Shown here: positions 44,605-55,700 of the stretch, piece after piece
Layout: the number at the start of each line of letters is the position of its first letter
Numbering within the stretch: position 1 is the first letter of the stretch
Source: an uncultured Eubacteriales bacterium
GTDB taxonomy: Bacteria > Bacillota > Clostridia > Oscillospirales > CAG-272
NCBI GenBank assembly: GCA_900546695.1
Contig: URDX01000001.1
Location: 15,441-79,440, forward strand
DNA length: 64,000 nt
Direction: 5' to 3'
The notes under the pieces: generated by a model
What the model saw: the letters and a program-made list of their open reading frames with translations, nothing else
Database searches by the model: none
What the model was told of the DNA's origin: nothing
Translations under genes and position numbers: made by a program

Positions 44605-44650
44605 ATCACCGCACCCGATAAAAAGCCGTCGGATGCGGTGATTTATATTT
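44605..44650. terminator. Bidirectional terminator between convergent genes
   Basis: The 9-bp stem is atcaccgca / tgcggtgat, followed by ttatattt. Confidence 0.55.
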
Positions 44651-44675
44651 GCACGTAGAATTAATCACGCAGAAT

Positions 44676-45521
44676 TTATTCGGATAAAAAGTCATGCACG
44701 GGCGCGGGTCCGCGACCGACGAGATAACACAGCATCGCTCCGACGCCGTTCTGCTCATTAGTCAGCGTGACAGTATCGGCTACCGATTTGACCGCGGCGG
44801 TAGCGTTGCCCATAGCAACCCCGAGTCCCGCAGCGCGCAGCATCTCTATATCGTTCGCCTCATCGCCGAACGCGACCGACGCGGATACGGGCATGTCAAG
44901 CAGCTCGCACAGCCGCACGAGCGCAGCGCCCTTTGAGACACCGCTGTCGACATTCTCGAGGTATTCGGGCTTGCTCTTAAAGCAGGTAACGCCGTAATCG
45001 GCGCAGTCCGACTTCGCGAGCCGCAGCTCCTCTATACGCTCGGGCGTATCGCAGTAGAGTATCTTTGTGACACCCTCGCGCGCAAGCGTCGGAATCACGT
45101 CCGCACCGTCGCCTATCAGCCTGTACGGCGCGGGGCTCATCACGCGGTAGCGGCGGACGATATCGTTATCCTTATTTGAATACAGACGGTTGCCCGACCA
45201 GAGTATCATGGTCGTATCGGCGCGTACGCCGTCCTGCCATACGCGCAGCGCGGCGCTCTCGCTCATGCAGCGATTATACAGTATCTCTCCGTCGGGGCGG
45301 ACTATCATTGCGCCGTTGTATGTAATTATCGGCGCGCTGATATCAAGCACCGACAGATACCGCTCGAGCGCGCAGAGTGCCCTGCCCGTCGATATCGTAA
45401 AGATCATCCCCGCCGCCTCCGCGGCTCTTATTGCAGCAAGATTCTCATCCGATATATTGCAGCCGTCGTCGAGCAGAGTGCCGTCCATATCGGAGGCGGC
45501 GAGCCTGTATTTAAGTTCCAT
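44676..45521 (-). CDS. Cof-type HAD-IIB family hydrolase
   Basis: It has the SDMDGTLL motif, TISTGR, and the C-terminal GDEANDIEML. Confidence 0.88.
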   Translation of the reverse strand: MELKYRLAASDMDGTLLDDGCNISDENLAAIRAAEAAGMIFTISTGRALCALERYLSVLDISAPIITYNGAMIVRPDGEILYNRCMSESAALRVWQDGVRADTTMILWSGNRLYSNKDNDIVRRYRVMSPAPYRLIGDGADVIPTLAREGVTKILYCDTPERIEELRLAKSDCADYGVTCFKSKPEYLENVDSGVSKGAALVRLCELLDMPVSASVAFGDEANDIEMLRAAGLGVAMGNATAAVKSVADTVTLTNEQNGVGAMLCYLVGRGPAPVHDFLSE

Positions 45522-45577
45522 TGCAGTTATCCTTTGTGTCCATACAGATGCTTATTGTCGTCTACGGCTGAGCCGTA

Positions 45578-46381
45578 TCAGAGCACCTTCGAGAGAAATT
45601 CCTGTGCTCTCGGTGTTTTCGGATGATCGAAGAACTCGGCGGGTGCCGCATCCTCCATGACCTTGCCCTCATCCATAAAAAGCACGCGCGTCGCGACCTC
45701 GCGGGCAAAGCCCATCTCGTGCGTGACGATTATCATGGTCATACCCGTATCCGCAAGCTCCTTGATAACGTCAAGCACCTCGCCGACCATTTCGGGGTCG
45801 AGCGCGGAGGTAGGCTCATCGAAAAGCATAACGTCGGGATTCATAGCGAGCGCGCGGACGATGGCGATACGCTGCTTCTGTCCGCCCGAAAGGGTCGACG
45901 GGAATACATCACGCTTATCGAGCAGACCGACGCGGGCGAGATACTTTTCGGCGCTCGCGTTTATCTCCTCCGCCGTGCCGAGTCCGAGGCGGGTCGGCGC
46001 GAGGGTTATATTCTGCATTATCGTCAGGTTATTGAAGAGATTGAAATGCTGAAAGACCATGCCCATACGGCGGCGCAGCATATCGGTGGGGATACCGTTC
46101 TTTTCCTTTATCTCACGCTCCGCGCGGCGCAGAGCCGAGCTGCCGAGTCCCTGCAGCTCGGGATGGAGCGAGGGATCGACCTCGTTTGTCAGCTTACCGT
46201 CAAACCATATCTCGCCCTTTGTAGGGGTCTCGAGCAGGTTAAGACAGCGCAGTATCGTACTTTTACCCGAGCCCGACGGTCCGATAACAGCGACCTTTTC
46301 GCCGCGCTTTATATCGAGCGAAACGCCCTTCAGCACCTCAAGCTGTCCGAAGCTTTTATATACATTCTTAACGCTTATCAC
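45578..46381 (-). CDS. Amino acid ABC transporter ATP-binding protein
   Basis: It has Walker [10 protein letters not shown], the signature LSGGQKQR, and Walker [13 protein letters not shown] roughly 30-aa insertion follows the Q-loop region. Confidence 0.93.
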   Translation of the reverse strand: MISVKNVYKSFGQLEVLKGVSLDIKRGEKVAVIGPSGSGKSTILRCLNLLETPTKGEIWFDGKLTNEVDPSLHPELQGLGSSALRRAEREIKEKNGIPTDMLRRRMGMVFQHFNLFNNLTIMQNITLAPTRLGLGTAEEINASAEKYLARVGLLDKRDVFPSTLSGGQKQRIAIVRALAMNPDVMLFDEPTSALDPEMVGEVLDVIKELADTGMTMIIVTHEMGFAREVATRVLFMDEGKVMEDAAPAEFFDHPKTPRAQEFLSKVL

Positions 46382-47066
46382 TGGCTCTCAACCTCTTTTC
46401 GATACGCTTTATCAGGAAAGCGATAACATAAACGATTATCAGATAGAATGCCGAGGCTACGAGCATCGGCGCGAGATAGTTTGCGAGGTTGTTGCCCGCA
46501 CCGACGTTCTTTGCGGCTGCGGTAAGGTCCTGCATTCCTATCATGGAGACGATGGAGGTCTCCTTTATCAGTGCGATAAGCTCGTTGCATATCGCCGGGA
46601 TAACATTCTTTATCGCCTGCGGGATAACGATGCGCACCATCGTCGTTCTGCGCGACAGTCCGAGCGACAGACCCGCCTCGGTCTGCCCCGCATCGACAGA
46701 CAGAATACCCGCGCGGATATTCTCGGCAACGTATGCGCCCGAGTTTATACCGAAGGAGAATATCGCAACAAGCACCTGCGGGAAGCCGCGGACGGTGATG
46801 ATAACGAACGCCATTATAAAGAGCTGGAGCGCCATCGGTGTGCCGCGTATGACGGTTATGTATATCTTGCACAGCGTACGCGGCAGGAACATGAGCGGGC
46901 TCTTTGACTTTGAAAGATTGACGAGTGCAACGACCGTACCGAGCACAAGACCGAGCACGGCGGCGCCGAGCGACATTTCGACGGTCATGAGCAGACCGCT
47001 CGCGAAAATGCCCATGAACTTTCCGCTCGTGAAGATCTTTACGAGATTTTCTACTAACTGAACCAT
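46368..47066 (-). CDS. Amino acid ABC transporter permease
   Basis: It is a HisM/GlnP-type polytopic protein. It overlaps the ATPase gene. Confidence 0.9.
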   Translation of the reverse strand: MVQLVENLVKIFTSGKFMGIFASGLLMTVEMSLGAAVLGLVLGTVVALVNLSKSKSPLMFLPRTLCKIYITVIRGTPMALQLFIMAFVIITVRGFPQVLVAIFSFGINSGAYVAENIRAGILSVDAGQTEAGLSLGLSRRTTMVRIVIPQAIKNVIPAICNELIALIKETSIVSMIGMQDLTAAAKNVGAGNNLANYLAPMLVASAFYLIIVYVIAFLIKRIEKRLRASDKR

Positions 47067-47184
47067 TTTGTTTTCCTTCCGTTATCGGTTCGGGACGGTC
47101 CGTGCCGACAAGACCGCATCCGCCTTATATACACGAAAAAAGACGCAGAAGCGCCTTTTTCGCAATCAGGTATTATAGGACCTA

Positions 47185-48081
47185 TCAGCCTACGTTGAAG
47201 TGCTGTGCAACGAGCTTGTCGATAGCATTCTCGCCGTCTGCATCGACATCGTTGATCATTTCGTTAAGAACACCGTTGATAGCGTCGAGCAGCTCGGTCT
47301 TACCCTTGGTCACGCAGATAGCGTACTGCTCGGATGTTGCAGAATCGGCTGCGCCGTCCTCACCCTTGTAGTAAAGAGGGAGTGCAACATAGTCGCTGTT
47401 CTTGGAAACGATGTAGGTTGCAGGAAGCTTATCAACAACGACAGCGTCGATCTGGTTAGCGCCGATAGCATCGACTGCAAGCTGTGCGTTATCGTACTTA
47501 ACTCTCTCGCTGCCCGTATCTGCGAGCACGCCGCCATCTACCTCGTCGCTGACAAAGATATCACCGGTGGTATCCTGCTGAACGCCTATCTTCTTGCCTG
47601 CAAGGTCGTTCCAGAGAATGTACTCCGTGCCGTCCTCAGCCTTTGTGGTGTTTACGGTGCCTTCCTTATAGATCACATACTGGATGCTCTCATAGTAAGG
47701 AACGGAGAAGTCTACCTGCTGCTTTCTCGCCTCGGTGATGGTGATGCCCGCGGCGCCGCAGTCGCAGAGCTTACCTGCGCTTACATTATCGACGATAACG
47801 CTGAAATCAACATTCTGGAACTCTACGGTGGTGTTCATCTTTGCCGCCACCTTGTTCATGATGTCGATATCGACGCCGACGATGTCGTTGCCGTCGAAAT
47901 ACTCAAAGGGAGCAAAATATGCGTTGGTCTGAACAACGATGGGCTCTGCAGCTGCGCTGCCGCCGTTTGCAGCGGTCGTGGTTTCGGAGCCGTCGGCTGC
48001 CGTCTTTCCGCAGGATGCTGCGGAGAGAGCCATAAGTGCGGCAAGCGCCGCAAGTGCTGTTTTCTTCATGAAGTTCTTCAT
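47185..48081 (-). CDS. Amino acid ABC transporter substrate-binding lipoprotein
   Basis: It has a lipobox (LSAASC) and an SBP_bac_3-like body. Confidence 0.88.
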   Translation of the reverse strand: MKNFMKKTALAALAALMALSAASCGKTAADGSETTTAANGGSAAAEPIVVQTNAYFAPFEYFDGNDIVGVDIDIMNKVAAKMNTTVEFQNVDFSVIVDNVSAGKLCDCGAAGITITEARKQQVDFSVPYYESIQYVIYKEGTVNTTKAEDGTEYILWNDLAGKKIGVQQDTTGDIFVSDEVDGGVLADTGSERVKYDNAQLAVDAIGANQIDAVVVDKLPATYIVSKNSDYVALPLYYKGEDGAADSATSEQYAICVTKGKTELLDAINGVLNEMINDVDADGENAIDKLVAQHFNVG

Positions 48082-48200
48082 AATAACATGCCTCTTTCAA
48101 ACAATACTTTAATGATTCGGTAACGTGTAAAAGCATCGACATATGGGTTTGAAACGAAAAACTGAATGTTTATACACGATATCTCGCTTTGATGTGTATG

Positions 48201-48229
48201 ATTATACGTCTTTTTGCGATAAAAATCAA
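48201..48229 (-). promoter_or_regulatory. ABC operon promoter
   Basis: The minus strand reads TTGATT, a 17-nt spacer, then TATAAT. Confidence 0.55.
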
Positions 48230-48417
48230 TTGATATATCTAACAGATTATAACAAATTCGCGCGGCGCGAGTCGTAAATTATGCACAAACGTATGATGCT
48301 CCGCATATAATATCCTGCCGAGCGTCAGGAATTATTATACATGGCACGCGGTGCTTTTCCGTATAAAACAGATAATATTCGAATTTTCGGGCGAATAATG
48401 CAGAAAAGGAGCGTTTT

Positions 48418-48990
48418 ATGATAAAGGTATTCATAGATCAGGGGCACAACCCCGCCAACCCCAACGCAGGTGCGGAGGGCAACGGACTGCGCGAGCAGGA
48501 TCTTGTATATGAGATAGGCGTGCGTCTCGCGGCTCTGCTAAATGCAGATCCCGAGTTTGAAGCGCGGCTCTCGCGCAACAGTCCGACAGAAATACTCGGC
48601 GAGACAACGGCGCAGAGTCTGCGCGCACGGACAGACGCGGCAAACAGCTGGGGAGCTGATATTTTCATCTCTCTGCACGCAAACGCAAGCACCATCGCAT
48701 CGGCAAGCGGCAGTGAGGGACTTGTATACAAGATACCCTCTGCCGCCTATACCCTGTCGGAGGATATCCTGACCGAGCTGTCGCTTGCAACGGGTCTGCA
48801 GGACCGCGGAACAACGGCGCGTCCCGGTCTGTACGTGCTGCGCAAAACGACGATGCCCGCCGTGCTTGTAGAGCTCGGATTTATAACAAACGCGGGCGAC
48901 GCGGCACTCATGCGTGATGAGCCCGAGCTGTTCGCCCGCGGAGTATATGAGGGGATACGTCGGTATTACCGACTTCCGACGACCGACTGA
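48418..48990 (+). CDS. N-acetylmuramoyl-L-alanine amidase (Amidase_3)
   Basis: The matching segments are IDQGHNP...GLREQDL...FISLHANAS...VLVELGFITN. Confidence 0.88.
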   Translation: MIKVFIDQGHNPANPNAGAEGNGLREQDLVYEIGVRLAALLNADPEFEARLSRNSPTEILGETTAQSLRARTDAANSWGADIFISLHANASTIASASGSEGLVYKIPSAAYTLSEDILTELSLATGLQDRGTTARPGLYVLRKTTMPAVLVELGFITNAGDAALMRDEPELFARGVYEGIRRYYRLPTTD

Positions 48991-49014
48991 TATCGAGGTC
49001 TGGATGCGCTGCGC

Positions 49015-49863
49015 TTACTCCTCCGAGAATTTAATACCGTAGCGTGTCGCGTACTTTTCCCCGCCGCTGCCGCTCGGAGCGTATATCGTAAGCTCGGCGG
49101 AGCACGCATAAAGCGCGCCCTCTGCAAGCACTGCAGAGCTGCCGACGTGTATCTCGGTAAGCGATGTGCAGTAAGCAAAGGCGTACTCGCCTATCTTTTT
49201 AATGCTCTGCGGCAGACTTACATCGGTCAGCGCGGTGCAGCCCGAAAAGGCGCGCGCGGGCAGCGATGTTATACCCTCCTCCGCCGTCACGGCGGTGAGC
49301 GAGGTGCAGCCCTCAAAGGCGTAATCGCCTATCTTCTCGACCGTTTTCGGCAGAGTAACAGCGGTAAGCGCCGAGCCGGAGAATGCATATCTGCCGATCA
49401 CCGAAAGGCACGGCGGGAACGACACCTCACCGAGCGCCGTACCCGAAAAGGCATACATACCTATCGTCGTAACGCTCGGCATCTCGACCGACGTCAGCTT
49501 GTAGCAGCCTTCAAAAGCGCGTGTTCCGATAATGACCACCGACTCGGGCAGCGACACCGATATCAGCGTTTCAGCCGATGCGGTAAACGCATGCTCGCCG
49601 ATGCTCATAACGGTCAGCGAGCCGCAGACGTCGGGCAGCGCGGGCGACGGGTCGCTGCCGCTGTACCCCGTTATCTCGGCGTAATCCTTGTAGAGCGCGA
49701 AGGTCCAGTCACCCTCCTGCTCGTTTGAAACGAACGAAGAATCGGGCAACGGACTTGTCGTAATAACGGTTCCCGTCCCCGCATCCTCACCGCAGCCCGC
49801 GAGCAGCGGAGCGACAGCCGTGACGCAGAGAATGAGCGAGAGCACGCAGATGTCTTTTTTCAT
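49015..49863 (-). CDS. BspA-type leucine-rich-repeat lipoprotein
   Basis: MKKDICVLSLILCVTAVAPLLAGC carries a lipobox. Repeated units of the form I(G)..AF.GC..LT.V.LP follow. The ATG at 49863 follows GGAGG. The longer ORF to 50622 is an artefactual extension. Confidence 0.8.
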   Translation of the reverse strand: MKKDICVLSLILCVTAVAPLLAGCGEDAGTGTVITTSPLPDSSFVSNEQEGDWTFALYKDYAEITGYSGSDPSPALPDVCGSLTVMSIGEHAFTASAETLISVSLPESVVIIGTRAFEGCYKLTSVEMPSVTTIGMYAFSGTALGEVSFPPCLSVIGRYAFSGSALTAVTLPKTVEKIGDYAFEGCTSLTAVTAEEGITSLPARAFSGCTALTDVSLPQSIKKIGEYAFAYCTSLTEIHVGSSAVLAEGALYACSAELTIYAPSGSGGEKYATRYGIKFSEE

Positions 49864-50178
49864 TTGTTTTACCTCCGTTTGGGTATATGGAGCGTCGGTG
49901 TCTGTCGGGATACATGACCCCATCGCGGCACCGCGGAGCATACGGCATAACGGATACCGAGACAGATACCTCGGCAGCAGCCGTGCAGAGCCCCGCACCG
50001 ACAATTGTACACTATACCGCGCAAAAACGCAAGTATATTTCGCCTTTTCCGTCCGTGCGGCGTGAGAGTACATCTTTTTTTCGTTTATTTTCCGTCTATG
50101 TATTGAATTTCGGCATTTTTTTGGTAGAATATAATGATGAAGAATACAACGACTGTACAGAAAACGAAAGGATGCGAA

Positions 50179-50643
50179 ATGGCAAGATACAGACAGGGAC
50201 GAATCAACGGCGAGATAACCCGCGAAATGACATCTATCGTGCGCGACGTAAAGGACCCGCGCGTGAGCGACGCAATGATATGCATAACCGGTGCGGACTG
50301 CTCCGCCGACCTTAAATTCTGCAAGATATACTACTCCACCATGCTCACGGGCGACGAAGCAAAGGATGTCGCTCGTGGGCTGCGCAGCGCTGCGGGCTTT
50401 ATCCGCGGTCAGCTCGCAAAGCGGCTGAACATGCGCAACACCCCCGAGCTCACCTTTGTGCTCGACACCTCCGTCGAGCAGGGTGTGCACATAGCGGGCA
50501 TTCTGAATAAGATAAGCGAGGAGCTTGCATCCCGTCCCGTCGTCGAGAGCGACGAGACTGCGGGAGATGGGACAGATAACACCGATGATGAGGGCTTTGT
50601 CACCGAATCCGAGGATGGGCATGACGGGGAGTCAGAAATATGA
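50179..50643 (+). CDS. rbfA: Ribosome-binding factor A with acidic C-terminal tail
   Basis: The matching segments are RINGEITREMTSIVRDVKDPRV...RNTPELTFVLD. Confidence 0.9.
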   Translation: MARYRQGRINGEITREMTSIVRDVKDPRVSDAMICITGADCSADLKFCKIYYSTMLTGDEAKDVARGLRSAAGFIRGQLAKRLNMRNTPELTFVLDTSVEQGVHIAGILNKISEELASRPVVESDETAGDGTDNTDDEGFVTESEDGHDGESEI

Positions 50644-51647
50644 CCGCCCGCGAGCTGACCGTCCGGGAGGCGGCGGAGCTGCTTAAGGCGCAGGACAATA
50701 TACTCGTAGTTTGTCACGCGCATCCGGACGGCGACGCGGTAGGCAGCGGAGTTGCGCTCGAACGGATGCTCACTGTGCTCGGAAAAACGGCATATCTCGT
50801 CTGCGCGGACACCGTACCGCATCAGCTGCGTTTTCTGCTCGGCTATCGCCCGTGCGGACGTGCCGGCGATGCCGATGCACTGCGCCCCGAGCTGCTTCCC
50901 GAGGAATTTTCGCCGAGCTTTATCGTAACGGTTGATGTTGCCTCGATTGAGCTTACCGGGATGGCTGAGAGACTTGAAGGAAAGGTTGATCTCAAGATAG
51001 ACCACCATTCGATGGGCGGTGACTTTGCCCCGCTCTCGCTGATGTACCGTGGCTCGAGCGCATGCGGAGAGGTGATATACGACCTTGCCGAGCAGCTGGG
51101 TCTGCTCGATATCGAGGCTGCAAGTGCGCTTTATGCAGCCGTGTCGTCCGATTCGGGTTCATTCCGCTTTGACTCGGTCACGCCCGACACAATCATGCGC
51201 GTCTACGGCATGATGCGCCTCGGCATCGATCACAGCTACATAGCGGAGCAGCTTTACAACTCCCGCACTCAGGCGGAGATGGCGGCTCAGCGGGTCGCAC
51301 TGAACAACCTCGAATATTTCGCGGGCGGGCGCATCGCGATTACGCATATCAGCTTTGCCGACTTTGAGCGGGGTGAATTCACCTACGCGGATACGGGCTC
51401 GCTAAATGCAATGCCGATAATGATAGACGGAGTTGAGCTCAGCCTTGTTGCAAAGGAGGAGCGCGCAGGGCACTACCGTGTTTCTACGCGCAGCAGGCGC
51501 GGAATAGCCGCGAATAAATTCTGCGCACGCTTCGGCGGCGGCGGGCACGACCGTGCTGCGGGAATGTCCGCAGATGCGGCAAGCTATGAGGTGCTGCGGA
51601 ATACTCTCATCGCCGCGGCACTCGAGATTTTCGATTTCGATGCATGA
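50640..51647 (+). CDS. nrnA: DHH-family phosphoesterase (NrnA-like oligoribonuclease/pAp phosphatase)
   Basis: It has HAHPDGDAVGS, DHH (KIDHH) and GGGH motifs. Its start overlaps the rbfA stop. Confidence 0.85.
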   Translation: MTARELTVREAAELLKAQDNILVVCHAHPDGDAVGSGVALERMLTVLGKTAYLVCADTVPHQLRFLLGYRPCGRAGDADALRPELLPEEFSPSFIVTVDVASIELTGMAERLEGKVDLKIDHHSMGGDFAPLSLMYRGSSACGEVIYDLAEQLGLLDIEAASALYAAVSSDSGSFRFDSVTPDTIMRVYGMMRLGIDHSYIAEQLYNSRTQAEMAAQRVALNNLEYFAGGRIAITHISFADFERGEFTYADTGSLNAMPIMIDGVELSLVAKEERAGHYRVSTRSRRGIAANKFCARFGGGGHDRAAGMSADAASYEVLRNTLIAAALEIFDFDA

Positions 51648-51769
51648 TCGGCTGCAGGCATCGCGCACGGTAGTTGAAAACGTCTCGCACGGCAGCTGCC
51701 TGCATCATGCACAGCCGCAAATGTCATGCGCGGCATCGCACCACCATTACACACAACAGGAGATAACAT

Positions 51770-52705
51770 ATGGCAAAGCAGAATCGCTACATAGGCGATA
51801 CAGCCTGCGGCGTTCTGCCGCTTATCAAGGACAGCGGAATGACGAGTCATGACGCTGTTTTTGCCGTGCGGCGGCTCTATTCCACCGCGCGCGTCGGTCA
51901 CACGGGAACGCTCGACCCGATGGCAAGCGGTGTACTCATCGTACTTGTCGGGCGCAGCGCAAAGGCGACGGAATACATACTGCACGACCGAAAGCGCTAT
52001 ACAGCTACCCTCCGTCTCGGCATTGAGACCGATACCGAGGACATCTGCGGCAGCGTAACAGCGAGCCGGGAGCCGCCGTCGGAGCTTGATATACCGGACA
52101 TCATACATCATTTCACGGGCGAGCAGAAGCAGATACCGCCGATGTACAGTGCGATAAAAATCGGCGGGCAGAAGCTGCTCGATCTCGCACGTCAGGGTAT
52201 AACGATAGAGCGCGAGCCGAGGGATATAAACATTTTCTCGCTCGATATCAGCCGCACCGACCGCGCGGACGAGCTGCTGCTCGACGTTTGCTGCTCGGGC
52301 GGCACGTACATACGCACGCTGTGCGCCGACATCGGCAGCTATATCGGCTGCGGCGGCTGCATGGCATCGCTGCTGCGGACAGAGAATTCGGGCTTTTCGG
52401 AGTCCGACTGCGTCACCCTCTCCGCCCTCTCCGAGATGACCGAGCAGCAGCGGCTTGAGCTGCTGCGCCCGACCGAATCGCTTTTTTCCGATCTGCCGTC
52501 GCTCACGCCGAATAAGTTCAATGCGCATCTGTTGCGCAGCGGATGCACCGTGCTGTGCGGAAAGCTCGGCATACCCGAGGAGCGCAGCACGGTCGGCGAA
52601 AGACTGCGGCTCTGCGATGAGCGCGGATTCTTTTCACTCGGCGAGGTAGTAGAGACCGAAGAAGGAGCAGCAGTTAAGCCCATCAAAAAATTCCGTCTCG
52701 ACTGA
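51770..52705 (+). CDS. truB: tRNA pseudouridine(55) synthase
   Basis: It has the motif GHTGTLDPMASGVLIV and a PUA-like C-terminus. Confidence 0.93.
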   Translation: MAKQNRYIGDTACGVLPLIKDSGMTSHDAVFAVRRLYSTARVGHTGTLDPMASGVLIVLVGRSAKATEYILHDRKRYTATLRLGIETDTEDICGSVTASREPPSELDIPDIIHHFTGEQKQIPPMYSAIKIGGQKLLDLARQGITIEREPRDINIFSLDISRTDRADELLLDVCCSGGTYIRTLCADIGSYIGCGGCMASLLRTENSGFSESDCVTLSALSEMTEQQRLELLRPTESLFSDLPSLTPNKFNAHLLRSGCTVLCGKLGIPEERSTVGERLRLCDERGFFSLGEVVETEEGAAVKPIKKFRLD

Positions 52706-52767
52706 GCAGCACACGCCCGTCGGGCACAGCACAAATAAACAGCACAATTAAAGAGAAAGGAAACGCC

Positions 52768-55700
52768 ATGATAACCGAGCTACAGGGAGTCGCAGGCAGC
52801 GGCAAAAGCAGCAGAATATACACTCTCATCGGCGAGAGCCTTGCGGCGGGCAGGGCCGTTTTTCTCGTTGTGCCCGAGCAGACGGCGGTCAGCGCGGAGC
52901 GGCGGCTGTCGGTCTACTGTGCCGAGCACGGCATACCGACTGTCGACCTTGAAATCGTCTCGTTCCGCCGACTCGCAAACCGTGTTTTCCGCGAATACGG
53001 CGGACTTTCATACCGATACATCGGTCAGGGCGGAAAGGCTGTCATAGCATGGCGCGTGCTGAGTCAGCTCAGCGATGAGCTGCGCCATTTTCGCGGCATC
53101 TCGCTCTCCGACATCAGCTCGGTAACCGCAATGTGCACACAGCTCGACGAGCTCCGCTCAGGCGGAATCTCACCGACGGTGCTCGAGCGCGCCGCAGATC
53201 AGCTCGGCGAAGGTGCTCTCGCGGACAAGCTGCGCGACCTGTCGCTCATCTCGGCTGCGTACGGAGCGCTGCTCTCGATCGATCACGACGACCCGAAGGA
53301 GGACATCACCCGTCTTGCGGAGCTGCTTGAAGAGCATGATTTCTTTGCGGGAAAGGACGTTTTTCTCGATTCCTTCTACGGCTTTACGCCCGATGAGTTC
53401 CGCGTTATCGGCAGAATGATGAAAACGGCGGACAACCTCACGATAGCGCTGCAATCGGCGGGAGAGGACAGCCCGTTCCGCGATTCCGCATATGCCACCG
53501 AGCGGCGGCTGCACGGTCTGTTGCCGAGCGGAATGAAATTACATACCGAACGACTGAACGCCCCCGTCGGTGCGCGCGCACCGCTGCTGCGCGATCTCAC
53601 CGCATGCCTTTCCGCCGGCGAGCACAAAATGCTGCATGACACCGACGGCAGAACGGCTCTCTACGTCTGCCGCGACCGATACGAGGAGGCGGAGGCGGCA
53701 GCCGCCGAGATACTTACACACATTCGCTCTGGCGGGCGCTTTTCGGACTGCGCGGTCATTGTCCGCCGCACATCCGACTGGGAGGGCATCGCCGACTCAG
53801 TCTTTGCGCGGCACGGTATTCCCTGCTTTATCAGCAGGCGCAGCGACGCGGTCAAAGACCCCGCCGTCAGGCTCATAACCGCTTCTCTCGAGGCAGTCGG
53901 GCACGGCTGGCGCACCGAAGACGTTATCGAAATCCTGAAAACGGGTCTTTCGCCGCTCACCGCCGAGCAGTGTGATACGCTCGAGATATATGCCTCCTCA
54001 TGGCACATCCGCGGCAGACGGTGGTATGACGAATACGAGTGGAACATGAATCCGAGCGGCTACAGCAGCACGCTCGGCAGCGACGACATTCAGGTGCTCG
54101 AGACGGTCAACGCCGCACGCGAGAAGCTTGTACCGCCGCTGATGCTGCTCGATCTCGGCAGCAGTACGGTGGAGCGCTACTGCCGCGCTATATACTCGTA
54201 TCTGCTCAAGCTCGGCCTCGCGGAGCGCATCGCCGCGACGGGAGAGGATGAGTCCGTGCGGCTGTGGAACGCGATAATAGACGCGCTCGACACCCTTTCA
54301 TCCATCGCGGGCGAGCTCACCGTTAACGCGGACACAATGTCAAAGCTCGTCCGTCTGTCACTCGCGGGAGTTACGATAGGACGTATCCCGACCTGTGTCG
54401 ATGAGGTCACTGTCGGCGCGGCGGATCTCTACCGTCCCGACGGATGCAGGCTTGCGCTACTGCTCGGCTGCTGCGACGGCGAGTTTCCGTCCGCCCCCGC
54501 CGAAACGGGGCTGCTGAGCGAGCGCGACCGCGAACGACTCTGCGAGCTCGGCATCAACATCGGCAGAGACCCCGCTGCTGCGCTGTCCGACGAATTTCTC
54601 TATTTCTACATGGCGCTCTCCGCTCCGAGCGAGCGTCTTGTTCTCACGCGCCATACAGCCTCCGACGGCGCTGCGGTCTGCCCGCCGTCGGACGGATGGG
54701 AGACGGTCGCGGGAATGCTCGACGGCGCTGCGCCCGTGCAGTTTTCACTGCTGCCGCCCGCCGCCCGCGTTTTCAGCGCGGCATCGGCGCTCGATTGGGC
54801 ACTCGGTGACGACGGCATCGCGGCAATGAACGTCTGCGGCACCGCGCTTGCACGTATCCCCGAATTCGCCGCAAAACTCGAGAGCCGCGGCGCGGCTGTA
54901 TCGGTTTCGCGTGCAACGCTCGGTCGCGCCGTCGCAGAGGCTATCTACGGCGATACGCTGAATATGAGCAATTCCATGATAGAGACCTATTCCGCATGCG
55001 CCTTTTCATATTTCGGAAAATACGTGCTCGGTCTCGGCGAGACGGGCGGCGCCGACTTCCGCGCATCGGATGTAGGCAACTATATTCACGATATGCTCGA
55101 GCATTTCGTCTCCGAGCTCAGCGCAGGCAGACTGCCCGCAGAAGAGAGCGACGCAGGAGAGTACGGCAGATTTGTCGACGAGGAAAGCACGCGATACGAG
55201 CACGACATTCTTCGCGGGACGGAGCCCGACGCGCGTCAGCGGAGTCTGTTTCACAGACTGCGTCGCACCGCGCGGCTGCTCGTCACCGATATGGCGGATG
55301 AGCTGCGTCACAGCGCATTCAAGCCCGCATTTTTTGAGCTGCCGTTCGGCGCGGGCGAGGAGATACCGCCCGTCTCGGTGGAATCAGGCGGCATGACTGC
55401 GCGGCTCGACGGCAAAATAGACCGCGTAGACCTGTGCAGAAAGGGCGACGAGCTGCTTGTAAAGGTGACCGACTACAAGACGGGCACCGTGCCCGATCTC
55501 GCCGACTCACCGTCAACGGGAAAGGGCATGCAGCTGCTGATATATCTGCTCGCACTCTGCCGCGACGACGGAAGCTTGAAGCGTTTGCTCGACGACGGCT
55601 ATGCCGCGCACGGCGGTTATTCCGATGGCACGGCTGACACCGCCGCATCGTGCGACGGCAATATGATATGCGACAGCGTGAGCGGCTCGGACGGCAAAAT

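Noticed and set aside
49864-50622. The N-terminal 250 aa of ORF 49015-50622.
   Set aside because: This part overlaps rbfA on the other strand and has no protein-like features. A GGAGG-preceded ATG at 49863 gives a clean lipoprotein signal peptide.
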